DNA from: the human T2T-CHM13v2.0 reference genome, Homo sapiens
Assembly: GCF_009914755.1 (NCBI RefSeq)
Contig: NC_060937.1
Reading direction: 5' to 3' (one strand)
Length of the DNA: 64,000 nt
The notes beneath the pieces were generated by a model, which searched no databases, was not told where the DNA came from, and worked only from the letters and a program-made list of their open reading frames with translations. Of the stretch, positions 24,058 to 39,807 are shown piece after piece (the first letter of the stretch is position 1; each line of letters opens with the position of its first letter). The position numbers and the translations under genes were made by a program.

Positions 24058-27000
24058 TTAGTCACATTTGACAGCTGATACCATTACAGCCAGTTCTCTT
24101 GACTTACTCAGGCACAGGTGGTATATTCTGGATGACTTGCTTTCACCTGGAACCAAGCTGTCTCCAGGCTTTTCAGTATCTTTCAGAGGTCGAGTCTCTA
24201 GCAGATGAAGCATTCTTGTCTTCAGTAATCCCATGTTTTACTAACTCTAATTAATCTTTCTCCTCATCCCAATTTCTCTGGGTTTGTAAATGAGGCGGGA
24301 CTAGTGTATTTCCCCTAGGCTCTCTCCTATTACCCGGAGCATGCCGAACTGTTATAAGTTAAAAGGGATATCTTCTCTGTAATAGCAGTAAAATCTGTGA
24401 CTGGAGCCTATGCTGTACTGAATTGAGATATCTTTACGTTTTTAGAAAATCATCAGATAATAACATGCTTTGCAAGTATTCTGTGTTTATACGATCCTAT
24501 TGTTTAATGTCCGCATCTACTGTTTCTGTAATTTTCCCTTGAGCAATGAAAGCTTTGAGTTAGCTTGTATGAAGTATTTATACTCAGAAAGGCAGACAAA
24601 AATTTATATTATTAATTTATAACTTATTATATAATACATTTTGGTCATTGCTAGTAACCCAGACTGGGGGAAATGAAAATCAAAGAATTCCTAGAGAAAC
24701 TACACCCTAAGATAAATTTTGTAGGCTCATTAGGAATTATTCAGGTAAAGAAAGTATGCTTCGAGCAAAAGTGAAACATAAGCAAAGTGTGTTAGAGCTG
24801 AAAGAGCATAATGCATATGGAAGAATACAAGACTACATGACCGATATGCAGCATCTGAGGAATGGATGGATGGCAATAAGACTAGAGACAGAAGGAGGAC
24901 AAGGTTAGGCTTTGTGTAGGGTGCAGTTTTTGAACATATACTGAAGGCTCTAACAAAAAGAAAATTTCTCTAAGGGAAGATCAAATGTATTAAAATTATA
25001 TCTGAAAACTATATTTGAAGGAAAGAGAATGGATTGGGCAAGAGAAGAAATCTAAAGGCAAGAAAACAAAGGTACTTAGATAAGTTATAATAAAAAATAT
25101 CAAGAAATAATTCCCACATACCTGGTTCAGCGATTTTTTGAAATATATATTTTTTAACTATGTAAGCTAAAAGTTTATTTTATAGTCAGTGAGAACCATG
25201 AGAGAAAAGAAAGTTGTTTGACATGATACTTAGAATGTAAAACATTGAAGTGATTCTTTGTGTGACAAAGATGATGAGAAAGGTTAAATTATATTTACCA
25301 TATGTACATAAGGGAGAAGCAGATACAAACATTAGTCAAATGGTGTTAATATATTTTATATTAGATTAATATCTATTTTATGTCTTGATCATCCCCAAAT
25401 ACTGTCCTGTCCAGTCATGACAAAACACAGTACATTCTCTTTGATACAGTATAATCAATAAGAATTTGATGTGGCTTAGAGACAGAGTGAGAAAAAAAGA
25501 AGATGTTGATGAGTGAGGAAATAGAGAAAATATTTCAAAATTCAACAGTACCATTGCCTAATGGTGCGTACTGTTAGAATTTGCCCCCAGACACAGTGAC
25601 ATTGAAAAAGTGTGCCTCTGCACGTGCTATGCCTCTGCACATCCCTATAGTAGATTATCTATATTTTCTATCCTCTCCCACATATTCTATTCCCAGTATT
25701 CTTGGAAAACACCTAGAGTCCATTTTTAAGTTTAAGGCTCAACTTTATTTTAATCCCTTTTCATATTAAAAATTTTGTTTAATTACACTTAAGTATTTCA
25801 CTTCTGGGTTTTCATGGGTTTAGCACCCTGTATACTTGATTTCCATGGTACTATTTGATTTTTAAATTCTGTGTTAAATTGTGTTAACTTCAACTGCACT
25901 TTTACATTTAAAGGCCTATATTACATTGTGTTATTTATTTTTGTTTATATTTTTTCTTCTGGACTTTAAGTCTCTGGAGTGCAAAAACTAAGTTGTTTTT
26001 ATTTGAATACCTAAGAGTGGGATGCTTTCTACCACCTAATAGGTGCCTGTTAATGTGTATTTAATGTGAATATATCAGAACAAAAATTCTAAAACAAAGG
26101 CGTGTCAAAGCTAACATATATGAGTGTCTACTAATTAGATTCTTTATATGTGACTCTTCCTTAAAACTTTTAAAATTCTGTGGGATAAATCTACAGTTAC
26201 TATTTTTTTTTTACATAGAAGACATTGAAATACTAGCTTAATAAGCTAGTTGTTGAGTAAAGCATACCCATTTTCAAAGCTATTTCTACCAAAATACACA
26301 ACTTACTTGAGGTAAGACTCATTTACAAATCTTAATATCTCTCAAAATATAAGGTCCATGAATTGTTAAACTGCTATCATATGTCAGGTATTGACAAAAG
26401 TTTCACAAGCATAATTTTATGTAGTTCCCCTAGAACAACATAAAGTGGGTTCTGTTATTCACATTGTACTAAGTGTCAAAAAAAGTGGGGTCTAGATGCA
26501 AAAAACCTTGTTTACATCGCAAAGCAAGAAAGAAATGGACTGGTAAGTCTGCTCGTGTTTGTTTGACTACAAAGTTTGGGACCTTAACTATTATGCCAAA
26601 TTAAATCATTCGGATTATAAATGAATCTATCTTGGCAAAAATAAGGTAGATAATAGTTACACAGGCACAGACATGGCAAGATCTGGCAATTCACGAGACC
26701 ATGACTTTCCAAAGTTGATTTTCAAATTTCTTCACACTTCATTGAAGAGGAGAGGTTTCCATTTCCTGAATACATAATTAAGAAAAAAATTACAGTTTTA
26801 TATTTTTTTCTGAATAGGGATTTAAAAGACATTGGAAGGTCATCAAAAATCTTACTACATGTATTAAATATATTTATCTTAATATGACAAACTTTTCTTT
26901 TGTGAGTTAAATTTTTGTACATCCATTTATCTACCTTACCTGTTCTCACCTCAAGGGAAAGACACACATTAGAATCATGATTTATTTGTAAACACTCATT

Positions 27001-27099
27001 TTTAAATATTAGTTATTAAATTCTGTCTCAATTGATCTTAGCTGCAAAGCTTGGATACATGTTTGATTATTTCCTTCTTCTGGCTCCTTACATTCAATA

Positions 27100-27750
27100 A
27101 TAACCAAAAATAATTCTTAAATTGTGTAAATAAATCTTGTCAGTACGTTCAGGTATAACATGCACATGGAACACCATTGTGCATAGAATTAGCCATTAGA
27201 CTCCTCAACATGTCATATGAAGTTGACTGGGAAGGTCCTTCCCAATCAACCTCAACATACTTTTCTTCTTACTGTTTATTATTCTTCTCCTGTACTCTTT
27301 ATAGGCTGTGTTTCTGTCTCTCCCTAAACATAAACTATTTGATGCCTGCATGCTTTTATACATTCTGTTCTTTCATCCTTGTATATACCTTTCCCACATC
27401 TCTTCCAGGAGAATACATGTTTATTGCTGAAGGCACAATTTAAAAGTTGTAAAGAATATGCTTTCTGGCCTAAACAGAATTAAGACTTCATCCTCTTTGA
27501 AATCCATACTCTGCAAACACTTAATACAGTCTGAATCATACTACTTTATAAATTTAATAATTATAAATCTATGTTTACTTATTGAATGGAGTGTTCTGAA
27601 CTGAAAATGACAATTTCTTGCTTATCTATAGTTAATACACTGCATTTAGTAATTAAAGGTCTTTGAACAGAACACCAAGTACTCATTACTTTAAGTTTTG
27701 TGTATTCTATGGTCTCTAACATAATTTGTGTACAGAGTATAACTTAACAC
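27100..27750 (+). mobile_element. Degenerate L2
   Basis: Pyrimidine-rich L2 body; tail-like TGGTCTCTAACATAATTTGTGTACAGAGTA. Confidence 0.45.
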
Positions 27751-28999
27751 ATTATAATTTTAATGTTTTAATAAAATACCAACGATTAGCTAAGTTAGAC
27801 ATTGTGGCTGATTACTGACATAAAAAACAAAATTTGTTAGAGTTGAAAAACAGTTTAGGGAACCTAGCTGGATGAAGAGATTTTATAGGTTCCTCTAACA
27901 AACAGATACTGATATGTTCACCTTTTCAAACATTATAAAATCTAAGTAATATTAATTTACTCTTTATTATTAGACTTGTTTTTCTGGGTAAATTTTTCTG
28001 TGACATAAAAAACCACTGTGTGAAATATTACATGAATAAAATTTCTGAAATCATTTTTAAACAAGAGTAATGTTCCTCCAGTGATGAAATGCCAACTTCT
28101 GTATTTCAAACACTGTCAGATTTTCTATATTGCTTAAGAAAAGGTCTTAATAAATACATAAACCATGTCCTAACTCTAAATTCTGAAATTTATTAGACAT
28201 CTAAAGGAGTGGGCAACTCCCTGACAATATTTTGTCTTCACTTTGGAATTCATGCAATGACTCAGTCAAAGATTCTTTATGTTCTAAAATTCTGACATAA
28301 TAGAAAAAAGGAAAGCAGAGTTCTCTAATGTAAGACAACCTAGAATTCTGGGTGTAAGGATATGTATTAGTTATAGTTATATCACTAATTCATTATGGCT
28401 ATGATTTACCTCACTTTACCATTCCGTAAGGACTTATAAGCAGATCTCCAGGAACTATTTCCTATTATTGTAATCATCAATTCATTATAACAATATTTAT
28501 TCAGCACTTAGCTATGGCCACAGTGTTGTTAGTGACTTGTTTCTTTTTCAATCCAACCTTAACAGTGACTCAACCATTTTTTTTCTTTACAATCACATTG
28601 CTCAAGTTGGTTCATAGTCTCAGAGTACTATAGCAAATTCTCTCTAAAATCCTTATGCTTGTTTTTCTTGCACTATATCCCTTCAATGTGTACTATCATA
28701 TTTGCCTTCTCAAAGCACCACTCAATGCATGCATTCTATACCTCAATAATTTTCTTAACATTTCAATGTTTATCAATTCAAATTATAACTAACTAATACA
28801 ATGTAATATTTGCTCACTATAGTTTTTCTATTTTTTGATATGTTTTAACTTCATTTTATATTTGCAAGCCAGGTTTTAGGCAGTGAAACACTTTCTTTAA
28901 AGAAAATTGTGCCCTGAACCTCAACTAAAGTATAGAAGATGTTCTAAGTAAACAAATGAGAGGAGAACTGCTTCTGGTCAAGATAAAATGAAGGGAACC

Positions 29000-30127
29000 T
29001 TATACTTCTACCCGAAACTCCTACAACATTGACAAAAATAAATCAGACAACAATGTTTAGACAGTGATTCTTAGGAGATGGGATACAAGTAAATTAAACT
29101 CTATACTAAATTGAATAGTGTCCCTAAAAAGTCATGACCACTTGGAATCTGTGAATGTGACCCTATTTGGAAATGGGGTCTTTGCTGATATAATAAAGTT
29201 AAGTTGAGGGCATACTGAGTAAGAGAGCCCTAATTCAATGAGTGTTATCCTTATAAGAGGAAAATTGGACACAGAGATAAACAAGGAAAGTATCATGTCA
29301 TGAAGGACACAGAGATTGGAACTATGCCACTATAAATCAAGGAACACCAAGAATTGCCAATCACCACCAGAAGCTAGAAGAAGCAAGGGAACATTTCTTG
29401 AGAGATTTAGAGAGAGCATTACACTGCCAACACCTTGATTTCAGACTTCTGGCCTCCAGAATTGTGAGACAATACATTTTTATTGTTTTCAACCATTCAA
29501 GTCTGTGTTAATTTGTTATGGAAGCCCTAGGAAGTATTCAAGCCTTGCAATTGTCACAGTTTTACTGCCTAGGGAGAAATTTAAGACTTAAGCTCAGGGA
29601 GGGAGAACTCTGGTGGAACCTGATGATCTCCCTGAGCTATTAACCCATGGCACATTCCATGAGACTCAAGGCTTCTGGAATACTGGAAAATAGAGAGTTT
29701 CACAGAAAGAGAACTCCAATAACCTGCAGAAAGTTCCCTTTCATTGTTTATCTGGGTACTGACCAGCACATTTGTATAAGGAAAGTACCCAACCTGAAAT
29801 GAAGAACCATCCAAAAGAACATAAGTACAAATTCCTAGACCTCCCACATCACCAGAACTAGTTCATGTTTTTACCTGCCACAACAGAATATCTCATAATT
29901 TACAAGGTATTGAATAATCAGAAACTGCTCAGGAATAAAGCTATCAACTCTAAAAACTTTTTACCTATGTATCAAAGCAAGCCTTGAGTTCTCAAAAATC
30001 CCATCAGACATGCATAGAAGAAGGGCAACAGAGCCCATAATGAAGATACAAAAATAAATAAACTGAAATTGATCTAGAAGTGATAGAGATGACAGAATTA
30101 CTAGAAAAATATTTTAAAGAGTTACTA
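29000..30127 (+). mobile_element. Old L1M 5' region (outer element, left part; contains MLT1 insertion)
   Basis: AGCCTTGCAATTGTCACAGTTTTACTGCCTAG and AGAGTTTCACAGAAAGAGAACTCC; ORF1-start-like GATGACAGAATTACTAGAAAAATATTTTAAAG. Confidence 0.6.
29102..29540 (+). mobile_element. MLT1C-like MaLR solo LTR
   Basis: GAATGTGACCCTATTTGGAAATGGGGTCTTTGC, CCACCAGAAGCTAG, GCCAACACCTTGATTTCAGACTTCTGGCCTCCAGAA. Confidence 0.9.
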
Positions 30128-33100
30128 GGCTTCAGTTCTGATGTATATAAAATCATAGAAGTCATCGCTCCAATCCTTAGAATGTAAAAGATGAACAAAC
30201 TGAAAATCAAGACTTTTCTTTGGCCCATCAGATACCTGGAGTGACAGTGAAAACCATGATGTCAAAATCTGTAGAAACAAAAGAATCCAGAGAATCACAA
30301 CTAAGATGTGTTTAGCTAGAACAGAAGCTGCGGAAGCCAGAAACTGAGGAACAATTAAATGTTAATATTGAAGAACTACTGAAATCTGAATATGGATTAG
30401 CATGGGAGTGAGAAATCCTTATTGGGGCTCTCACACTTTTTTGGATTTTACCACCAGAAAGAAATTTCCCAAATTAATATGGCAAAGATTTGAAACAAAA
30501 AAAGTTATTTGTTCTGGCAGAGGTATGGAACGAGTAATCATGATGAAATACACTGAGAGTGTGCTCTATAGCAAAAGCCTACTCCCCAGAAAAATCGACT
30601 TTCCTGGAATTTTTAACCCACATGAAAGAAGGGCACATTTTCAATTTTCACTCCCTGGAGCCTTCCTCCCTCATCTGGGTAGGAGAAAAATGCTGAGAAA
30701 CACCTGTGGTAGTTACATCTCAGGGACACAGGTGCACTAAAAGACTGAGATTTAATCATAAGATTATAAAATACTTTCTCCCACATGTACCTTAGCAATG
30801 GAGAAACAGGGCTCCAGTACAATAATATCAGATTACAGCTTCAACTTTCAGAGGAATACTTAAGGAAACCCAGAATCAACCGGAGAGATGAAAACCAGGG
30901 CACTAGAGAAAATGTGAAGCCACTGGAACCTACAGATATGCCAAAAATTAAACATAAAACTTCTTGCCAGATTAATGTGAAGCTTATCACGGAAAGACTG
31001 TTTACTTCAATTTCTATGACCCAATACATCATTTTGGCTTTCAACAAATAATTACAAGGCGTGGTAAAGGTAAAAAAAAGCATGCCACATATCTCTCACA
31101 CACACACACGCACACACACACACAGAAGCAAAAATACAAAAACAAAACTAGGAATAGAGGCCAATTTGCAAATGACAGAAGTATAAAATAGAGAAATTAA
31201 AATTTGATATTTAAAATAACTATGATTAATATATTAAGGGCTGTAATGGGAAAAAATAGACAATATGAGAGAGCAGATGGACAATTTAAGCAGAGGCAAA
31301 AACTCTAAGAAAGAATCAAGAGAAAATGTTATAATTCAAAAATACTAAGACAAACGAAGAATACCTTTCATGGGCTTAGTGGTAGACTTGACATGGCTGG
31401 TTAAAGACTCAGTGAGCTTGAAAAAAAGGCAATAGAAACTCCACAAACTAAAATGTACAGAGAAAAAAATGAAAAATGTAGAACAGAATATTCAAGAACT
31501 ATGGGGTCATTTCAAAAGCCATAACAGAAATAAAATTTTAGTAAAAAATAAAGAGAAAGAGACAGAAGCAAAAGAAATATTGACATTAAAAATGGCCCAA
31601 AACTTCCCGGAATCAATGACACACACCGAAGCACATATCCAGGAATCTCAGAGAAGATCAAACAGGATAAATACCAAAACAAAAAACTACATCTAGGGAT
31701 ATAACATTCAAAGTGCTAAAAGCCAAAAAGAAAAAGACAACATTTGAAATAGAGAAAAAAATGAAACAAAATAAGCAAAACAAAACCAAAAAAATACATC
31801 CTACCTATAAAGGAATAAGGATTAGAATTACATCAGACTTCTCATTAGCAACCATCCTAACATATAACTAAGTGAAAGAAGCCAGTCTAAAGAGGCTAAA
31901 GACCATGTGATTATAATTATTTTATATTCTGGAAAAAGCAAAACTACAGCAATGGTAAGAAGATTAGTGTGTGTCAAGCAGTTAGGGGTAAGAAGAGTGT
32001 TGACGTGGTGAAGCGCAGGACATTCTGCAGTGGTGAAGTTATTCTGTTAAACATTGTCATGGTAGCAATATGACATTATGTATTGACCAAAATTCATAAA
32101 ATTTTACAGAACAATGAGTTAAAATTATGTATAAAAATTAAAGATAATTATTTAGGAACCCAGGGGTATCCCTGAATCAAATGCAAAATATGACAAAACA
32201 ACTTAACTGTAGAACAAATGTAATAAGCCACCTCACTGAGGGAGGTGAGGGGAAGGTATTGACCTAGGTAATTGAAAATGTGTGGAGTTTTAACAGTAAT
32301 GACAAAAGACACGGTCAATAAACAATGAGTATACTGCATTTGATAACATTTCTTCCCCAGGAGTCATGAGTTTAAAATTATGACACTATTATAGGGACAT
32401 GGATGAAGCTGGAAACCATCATTCTCAGCAAACTATCGCAAGGACAAAAAAACAAACACTGCATGTTCTCACTCATAGGTGGGAATTGAACAATGAGAAC
32501 ACACGGACACAGGAAGGGGAACATCACACACCGGGGTCTGTTGTGGGGTGAGGGGAAGGGGGAGGGATAGCATTAGGAGATATACCTAATGTAAATGACA
32601 AGTTAATGGGTGCAGCACACCAACATGGCACATGTATACGTATGTAACATACCTGCACGTTGTGCACATGTACCATAAAACTTAAAGTATAATAAAAAAA
32701 TAAATAAAATAAAATAAAATAAAATTATAAGACTATTATACACATATACTAGCATTAAACATTATATAATATAATTCTCATAGTTGAAAAAGGAGTTAGG
32801 AATTAAAAGGTTAGAATGATCTATGTGGCAATTGATTAGAAGTGAATCTATTATATGTATTCCTTTTATAGCTTACTATAAATACACACGGAAGCACCTA
32901 TAAATATGTGTATACACATGAGTTAATATGCACAGATATGAATCTTTGCTCTATCACCCCAGATGGCCTAGAAAATATGACGCTTCAATAGCAAGGGCAC
33001 ACCTAGCACCTATAGCTTCTACTGCCATATTTTCTAATAAAATCTAAAATAAGATAACTATTTTCTTGGAGAATTGGCTGATTCTATACCCGAGGAAGAA

Positions 33101-34025
33101 ATGTAATAATAATAATAATTAATAATGAACCTGGAGCTTTTTCAGTGCCAGAAATTAAGGAAATGAGTAGATAAAAACACCCACAATAATGGGATTGTAA
33201 CAAAGGGAAAACAGCCAGCCGAAGGAGTTCAAAATGGCCAAAGCTGGAATAACTTTAGGGTCAAAATTAGTAAATTATAAATTACTTGCCCATGTGTTTA
33301 ATAAATATTTGTAAGTCCATAAAAATATGAAAATGAATAAATAAATGGTGGGAAAAGGGACTTGTGTCTTTGGAAAATAAAGTCAAAAAACACATCTTTT
33401 ATGTAAAATAATCTCAAATATCTCTCCACTCTGTAAGTGTTGGCTGCACTCTATTTCTCCAAAAAGTACACTATGGGAAAGGTGAATTAGAAAAAGTAAC
33501 TATAGAGTGGAGAAACCTAAAATATGCTATATCAGCCATGGAATTAAGGTCAGCATCCGTAAGTCATTTTTATAGAATGTATCCTTGATATGATGTGATG
33601 ATAATAGCTTTTATCTTTGTTGTCTATTTCCAAAAACACATATATCCAGAGTAATTAGAAAAAAAAACATTAGACAAAGCCTAGACAAAACCTCAAAACT
33701 GGCAAAATGATGAAATACAAGAAACATCTGGGAAATAGTTTCAGACAAGAAGATCCGAAGAGAACGTAACTACCAGGTGTAATGTGGTGTCCTGGTTGTA
33801 ATCCTGGAAGAGAAAAGAGGCATTTGTTAAAATCTAGGGAAACATAAATAAACTATGAACTTCAACAGTGATGTATCGATATTTGTTCATTATTTTTAAT
33901 AAGTGTGCCATATAATGTAAATTGTTAATAATAGGAGACACTGGATGTACCTGTGGGTATATAAGAAATGTCTGTATGATCTTTGCAACTTTTATGTAAA
34001 TTTAAAACTCTTACAAAATAAACAT
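30128..34025 (+). mobile_element. Nested L1M (L1MC/L1MD-like): 5' UTR and partial ORF1 fused to 3' UTR
   Basis: ORF1p-like 31469-31696 (EQNIQELWGHFK...MAQNFPES...HIQESQR); switch near 31860 to CTAAGTGAAAGAAGCCAGTC 3' UTR; ends TTTATGTAAATTTAAAACTCTTACAAAATAAA. Confidence 0.7.
32392..32720 (+). mobile_element. 5'-truncated L1PA4-like 3' end with TSD
   Basis: TAGGGACATGGATGAAGCTGG...TACCTAATGTAAATGAC...AAAACTTAAAGTATAATAA; TSD AAAATTATGACACTATTA (32374-32391) vs AAAATTATAAGACTATTA (32721-32738). Confidence 0.93.
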
Positions 34026-34029
34026 GTTA

Positions 34030-34495
34030 TTAACACCAAGTTGTAATTGTGTTCTATGTATTCAGAAACTAGATGAAAAATTGAGCATGTCAAATAAAGA
34101 CATGGGAAATATTTTAAAAGCTCCAATTCAGATATATCAATAAAATGTTTGAAATAGAAAATGCCCTATATGGGACTGATAACTCTGTAGATACTTCAGA
34201 AGAAAGTATTAGTGGACTTGTACACATAGAAGTAGACACTCTCCTAAATGAAAAAGAGGCAAATAACAAAAAAGCATTACCTGATAGGGATGTAATTATA
34301 ATATTTGAAGGAGAGAGTAGAAGGAAAAATACATATTAAAAGACGTAATGACCAAAATAATCCAAATTTGCTGAAAACTATTAACCAACAAATTTGATAA
34401 ATTCAGTGAAAACGAAGTATAAGAATTAACAGGAAAACTATACCAAGACTCATCAAAATCAAACTGTTTAAAACTTGTGATTAAAATAAAATAAT
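34030..34495 (+). mobile_element. Old L1M ORF1 region (outer element, right part)
   Basis: ORF1p-like text resumes (ORF 34145-34339: EIENALYG...DTSEESISGL) and continues the sequence broken at ~30127. Confidence 0.6.
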
Positions 34496-34496
34496 A

Positions 34497-34967
<471 letters not shown>

Positions 34968-35301
34968 TTAATTAGCTGTTCTGTATTAAAGCATTCCGTG
35001 ATCAAAAAAGCATAGTTAATTTGGTTAATATATCTCCTCCTTGAACATTCATGGTATATACTAGCAATAATGTAGGAAGATAAAATTAAGTATTATAATT
35101 AAGGTTTTCTCCTCATGCATTTTTCCTCTATCTCAGACCTTTATCCATTGAGTTAAAAGTCATTGCTGCTACCCAAAGTATTTGTCTTCCCTTGTCTTCC
35201 CTTGAGGGGAGAGTCACGAAAGAAATCAGTTTAGTTTCCAAACTAAATAAACTAGGAAACAAAGTTTCCTTGCTTTGAAGAGTGTATTCTTTTTCCCTGA
35301 G

Positions 35302-35357
35302 CATATATATAATGCTTAGAACACTGTCATATATATATATAATGCTTAGAACACTGT
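35302..35357. repeat. 26/30-bp tandem duplication with differing (AT)n
   Basis: C(AT)4AATGCTTAGAACACTGT followed by C(AT)6AATGCTTAGAACACTGT. Confidence 0.95.
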
Positions 35358-35479
35358 AATAAACAGAACAGAATGTCTCAGTAAATGCAGTTTATAGCAC
35401 AAAAGATGGAGTTGAGAAAAAATGTCTCATTATGCAAGTGCCAGTTTCCCATCTGAAGTTGACCAGCTGGTGGATAAGA

Positions 35480-36370
35480 AATGAGAGAAACTACTTATCC
35501 ATTGGAATGACTAATATTAAAAAATAATACAACAAAAACACATGATAGAGAGGATGTGAATAAACTGGATCTCTCATATACTGCTGGTGAAAATGTAAAA
35601 TGCTACAGTCCCTCTGAAGAATCATTTGGCATTTTCAAATAAAATTAAATACACATTATCTTATGACCAAATAATCACACTCCTAGGCATTTATCCCAGA
35701 AAAGTGAAAGCTTATGTTCAGAAAAATGTTCGTAGTAGTTATTTGAAATAACAAAAAATAAAATGAAAAAAATAGTTGTCCTTCAACAGGTGAATGGTTT
35801 AATAACCTGTGGTATTTCCATGCCATGGAGAGCAAGTTATCAAGAAAAAGAAGCAAAATATTGGAACACTTCACTTGGATGGATTTCAAATACATTAGAC
35901 TGATTTTTTTTAAGGGTTGTATAAAAATAATCTCAATTATATGATATTTTAAAAATTGACAATATTGAAAGATGGAGGCAGATTAGTGCTTTCCAATAGG
36001 TAGGGATGGAGAAAAAGTGGTTATGAATATAAACAGTATGAGATTTATATTTATGGTGCTGGGACTGTTTTATGTCTTCATTATTTGTAGTGGTAGGTAT
36101 ATAAATCTACCATGTGGTAAAATTTCATAGAACAATCCACACACACATACATATAGAAACAAATAAATGCATGCAAAAACTGGGTAAATCTCATTAAAGT
36201 CTGTAGTTTAGTTGGTAATATTCTCCCAATCAATGTCCTGGATATGCTATTTTACTGTAATTATCTAAACTATCACACTGGGGTAATCTGGATGAAGGAT
36301 ATACAGTTTGTCTTTGTACTCTCTTTGTGGCTTCCAGTGAGTTCATGAATATTTCAAAATAAAACTTTTA
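35480..36370 (+). mobile_element. Old L1 (L1ME-like) 3' end
   Basis: AACTGGATCTCTCATATACTGCTGGTGAAAATGTAAAATG, CACACTCCTAGGCATTTATCCCAGA; ends ATTTCAAAATAAAAC. Confidence 0.75.
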
Positions 36371-37122
36371 AAAAAAGGAGGCAGACCAAGTTGGCTTGTG
36401 AACCAAAGTATGCTGAGTCATATATTTCTCATTTGTGATTATAGAATTGATAAAAAATTAAATCAAACTAATTAATTAACTTTTGAAAAGTGTTGTGACA
36501 AGAGATAAATAAAACCTAATGTCATATGTGTCTTTGGAAAGAGGTGTTCCACTATATCTTGAAAATTTGGAATGATCTGAAGGCAGAGGATAACGAGGCC
36601 TTGCTATCCAAAATGTATCCCCATGTCCAAGTTGTAGAAGAGCAATGTTTGACTCAGTGGTTCCTGTACATGTGTCTTAGAGCAGCCCTTCTGATTTGCA
36701 GACATCAGGAAGCATCTTCTGATGCTTGAGAAAGCATCTAAAACTTTTCTTTTCCCCAAGACAGTTGTTGGACATGAAACAAATAAACTTGAAGCCATAA
36801 GGCAGATCTTTAGAGATAATAGGAAATTTAGAGGACTATATGAGTTATGGGAGCTAGGCTGTAACACAGTAAACATATCCTTTCTCTCACACACGAAAAT
36901 TCAGTAACTAAACATAAAAGCAAATTTATTTTTTTTCCACACTACTTTCCTAGTGAAGGTTGTCTTAGGCTTTGCTCATTATTGTTCTTAGCAGTCTTAT
37001 TTTGAAGAGACAGGCTAAGACAGGCTCCATTTTGAAACATGCTTTCCACAATCATCTTGGCAAGTAGAAGAGAATTCTGTAAGATTATAAAAATCAATTC
37101 AAAAATTGACACATTTTGCTTC

Positions 37123-38063
<941 letters not shown>

Positions 38064-38599
38064 TTTTCATTCAATTTATTTTCCAGGATTCATCCCAACT
38101 TCCAAAGCTGCTCACAAAGGTACTAGTCATTTCAGTCTTTGATTAGCCTGGAAGGAGTGGGAAACTAATTATGAGAAAGAAGGTTGAATGGTTACCAGAA
38201 TGCTGAGCACCTAAAATGCATTAAGATGAAACATAATTTCATGGACAGCCGAAGAACACAAAGGATGAAAGGATGAAATGTATTGTTCTCCCTTCTCTGT
38301 TAACACTGTGTCAATAATTGAGCATCCCATTTCCACAGTTCCACATACTTGGAGTGTGCGGTACATTTGAACTAATCAAAATTAAATTTGCATAACTCAG
38401 TTTCTGACAAGTGAGTTTTTGTCTTTTACAGAAACAATTTTTTAATAGCAATTGTTTAGTAAAGAAACCTGGTAACTTTGTTTGATACATTGTCTTATTA
38501 CTAAATGCCTATTGATATGTTTTAGGAATCTTATATGTCACAGAATAGAGTTTGGTAAATTCTGCTTAAAGAGTAAAGAATATACTACCATCTCTTTTT

Positions 38600-39420
38600 C
38601 TCTTATTCTATTGATTGAAAGACTCACTTTTGTTAAGATGTCCATCCTCTCTAAATACCTATATTGATTCAATGCTATGCCAATCAAAATCCCCTCAGAC
38701 TCCAAATGTCCTAAAACTAGATTACACAGTGATGGAATGATGATTGCACAATCCTGCAACTAACTAAAAATTTATCATACTATTCACTTAAACTTGGTGA
38801 CTTTTATGTTATGTAAATTATACTTCAATAGGACAGTTAAATAAATCAAGCTGCTTGGAAATATCGTCAATTTAATTATAATATTTATGTGGAAACGTAA
38901 GGATAGAACATGTCCAAAACTATTTTTGAAACAGCAATTAATTAAGCTAATGGAATTTAAAAATTAATATAAGATTATCATATACACTATAATTTGGGGA
39001 ATTTCAAAAGAATAGACAACTGACCCATCAGACAAAGTAGAGTCAAGAAATTGATTTAAATGTACATGATCAATAGACTTTGAAAAAAGATGCCAAGGTA
39101 ACTCAATATGGAGGTTAATCTTTTTTATTTTTCAACAAATGGTGTTGAAATGACTCAATAACCTAAAAGAAAAAAAAAAGAAAAAAAAACATGACAAAGT
39201 AACAGTAAAAAAAACTCTTTGATCTCTTTCTCACACTATATACAATGTCAATTCAAAATGAGTACGAGCCATAAGCACAAGTTAAATTATAAAAGTATAA
39301 AAGTAACTGTGAAAGAATTAAGATAAAAATAACTCTAGAAGAAAACAAATTTTAAAAATCAACATGGCCTTGAATAAGACAAAGATTTATTATACAGGAC
39401 AAAAATTACTCCCAGAAAAG
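38600..39420 (+). mobile_element. Old L1 (L1ME-like) ORF2 fragments
   Basis: GAAAGACTCACTTTTGTTAAGATGTCCATCCTC, GATTCAATGCTATGCCAATCAAAATCCC, TTCAACAAATGGTGTTG. Confidence 0.65.
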
Positions 39421-39469
39421 GGAAGTAAAGCAAGAAAAGCAAAAATGCAAATACAGGCAGGGCTTACTA

Positions 39470-39770
39470 ATTTTTATTTGTTATTAATTTTCATGCTCAG
39501 CCACTAGCAAGCACTAATTTACCTTCTGTCACTACAATTTTGCCACTTATAAGAATTTCCTACTCAAAGACTCACACACAGATCTTTGTGTCTGCCCTAT
39601 TTCATTTAGCGTAACACTTGTTTTGTTGTTACATGCATTGATAGCATTTCTTTGTGTGCTTACACCACGAGTTTTTAGTCAATTTACCCATTGATGGACA
39701 TTTAGGTGGCTACTAGTTTAGAACTATATAAACAGATGTACTGCCAATATTCATATAATTGTATTGTGTG
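39470..39770 (-). mobile_element. Old L1 (L1ME-like) 3' fragment
   Basis: AGCCACTAGCAAGCACTAATTTACCTTCTGTC and CCATTGATGGACATTTAGG are antisense L1M 3' sequence. Confidence 0.6.
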
Positions 39771-39807
39771 TGCATATGTGTGTATATGTATATATATATA
39801 CACACAT

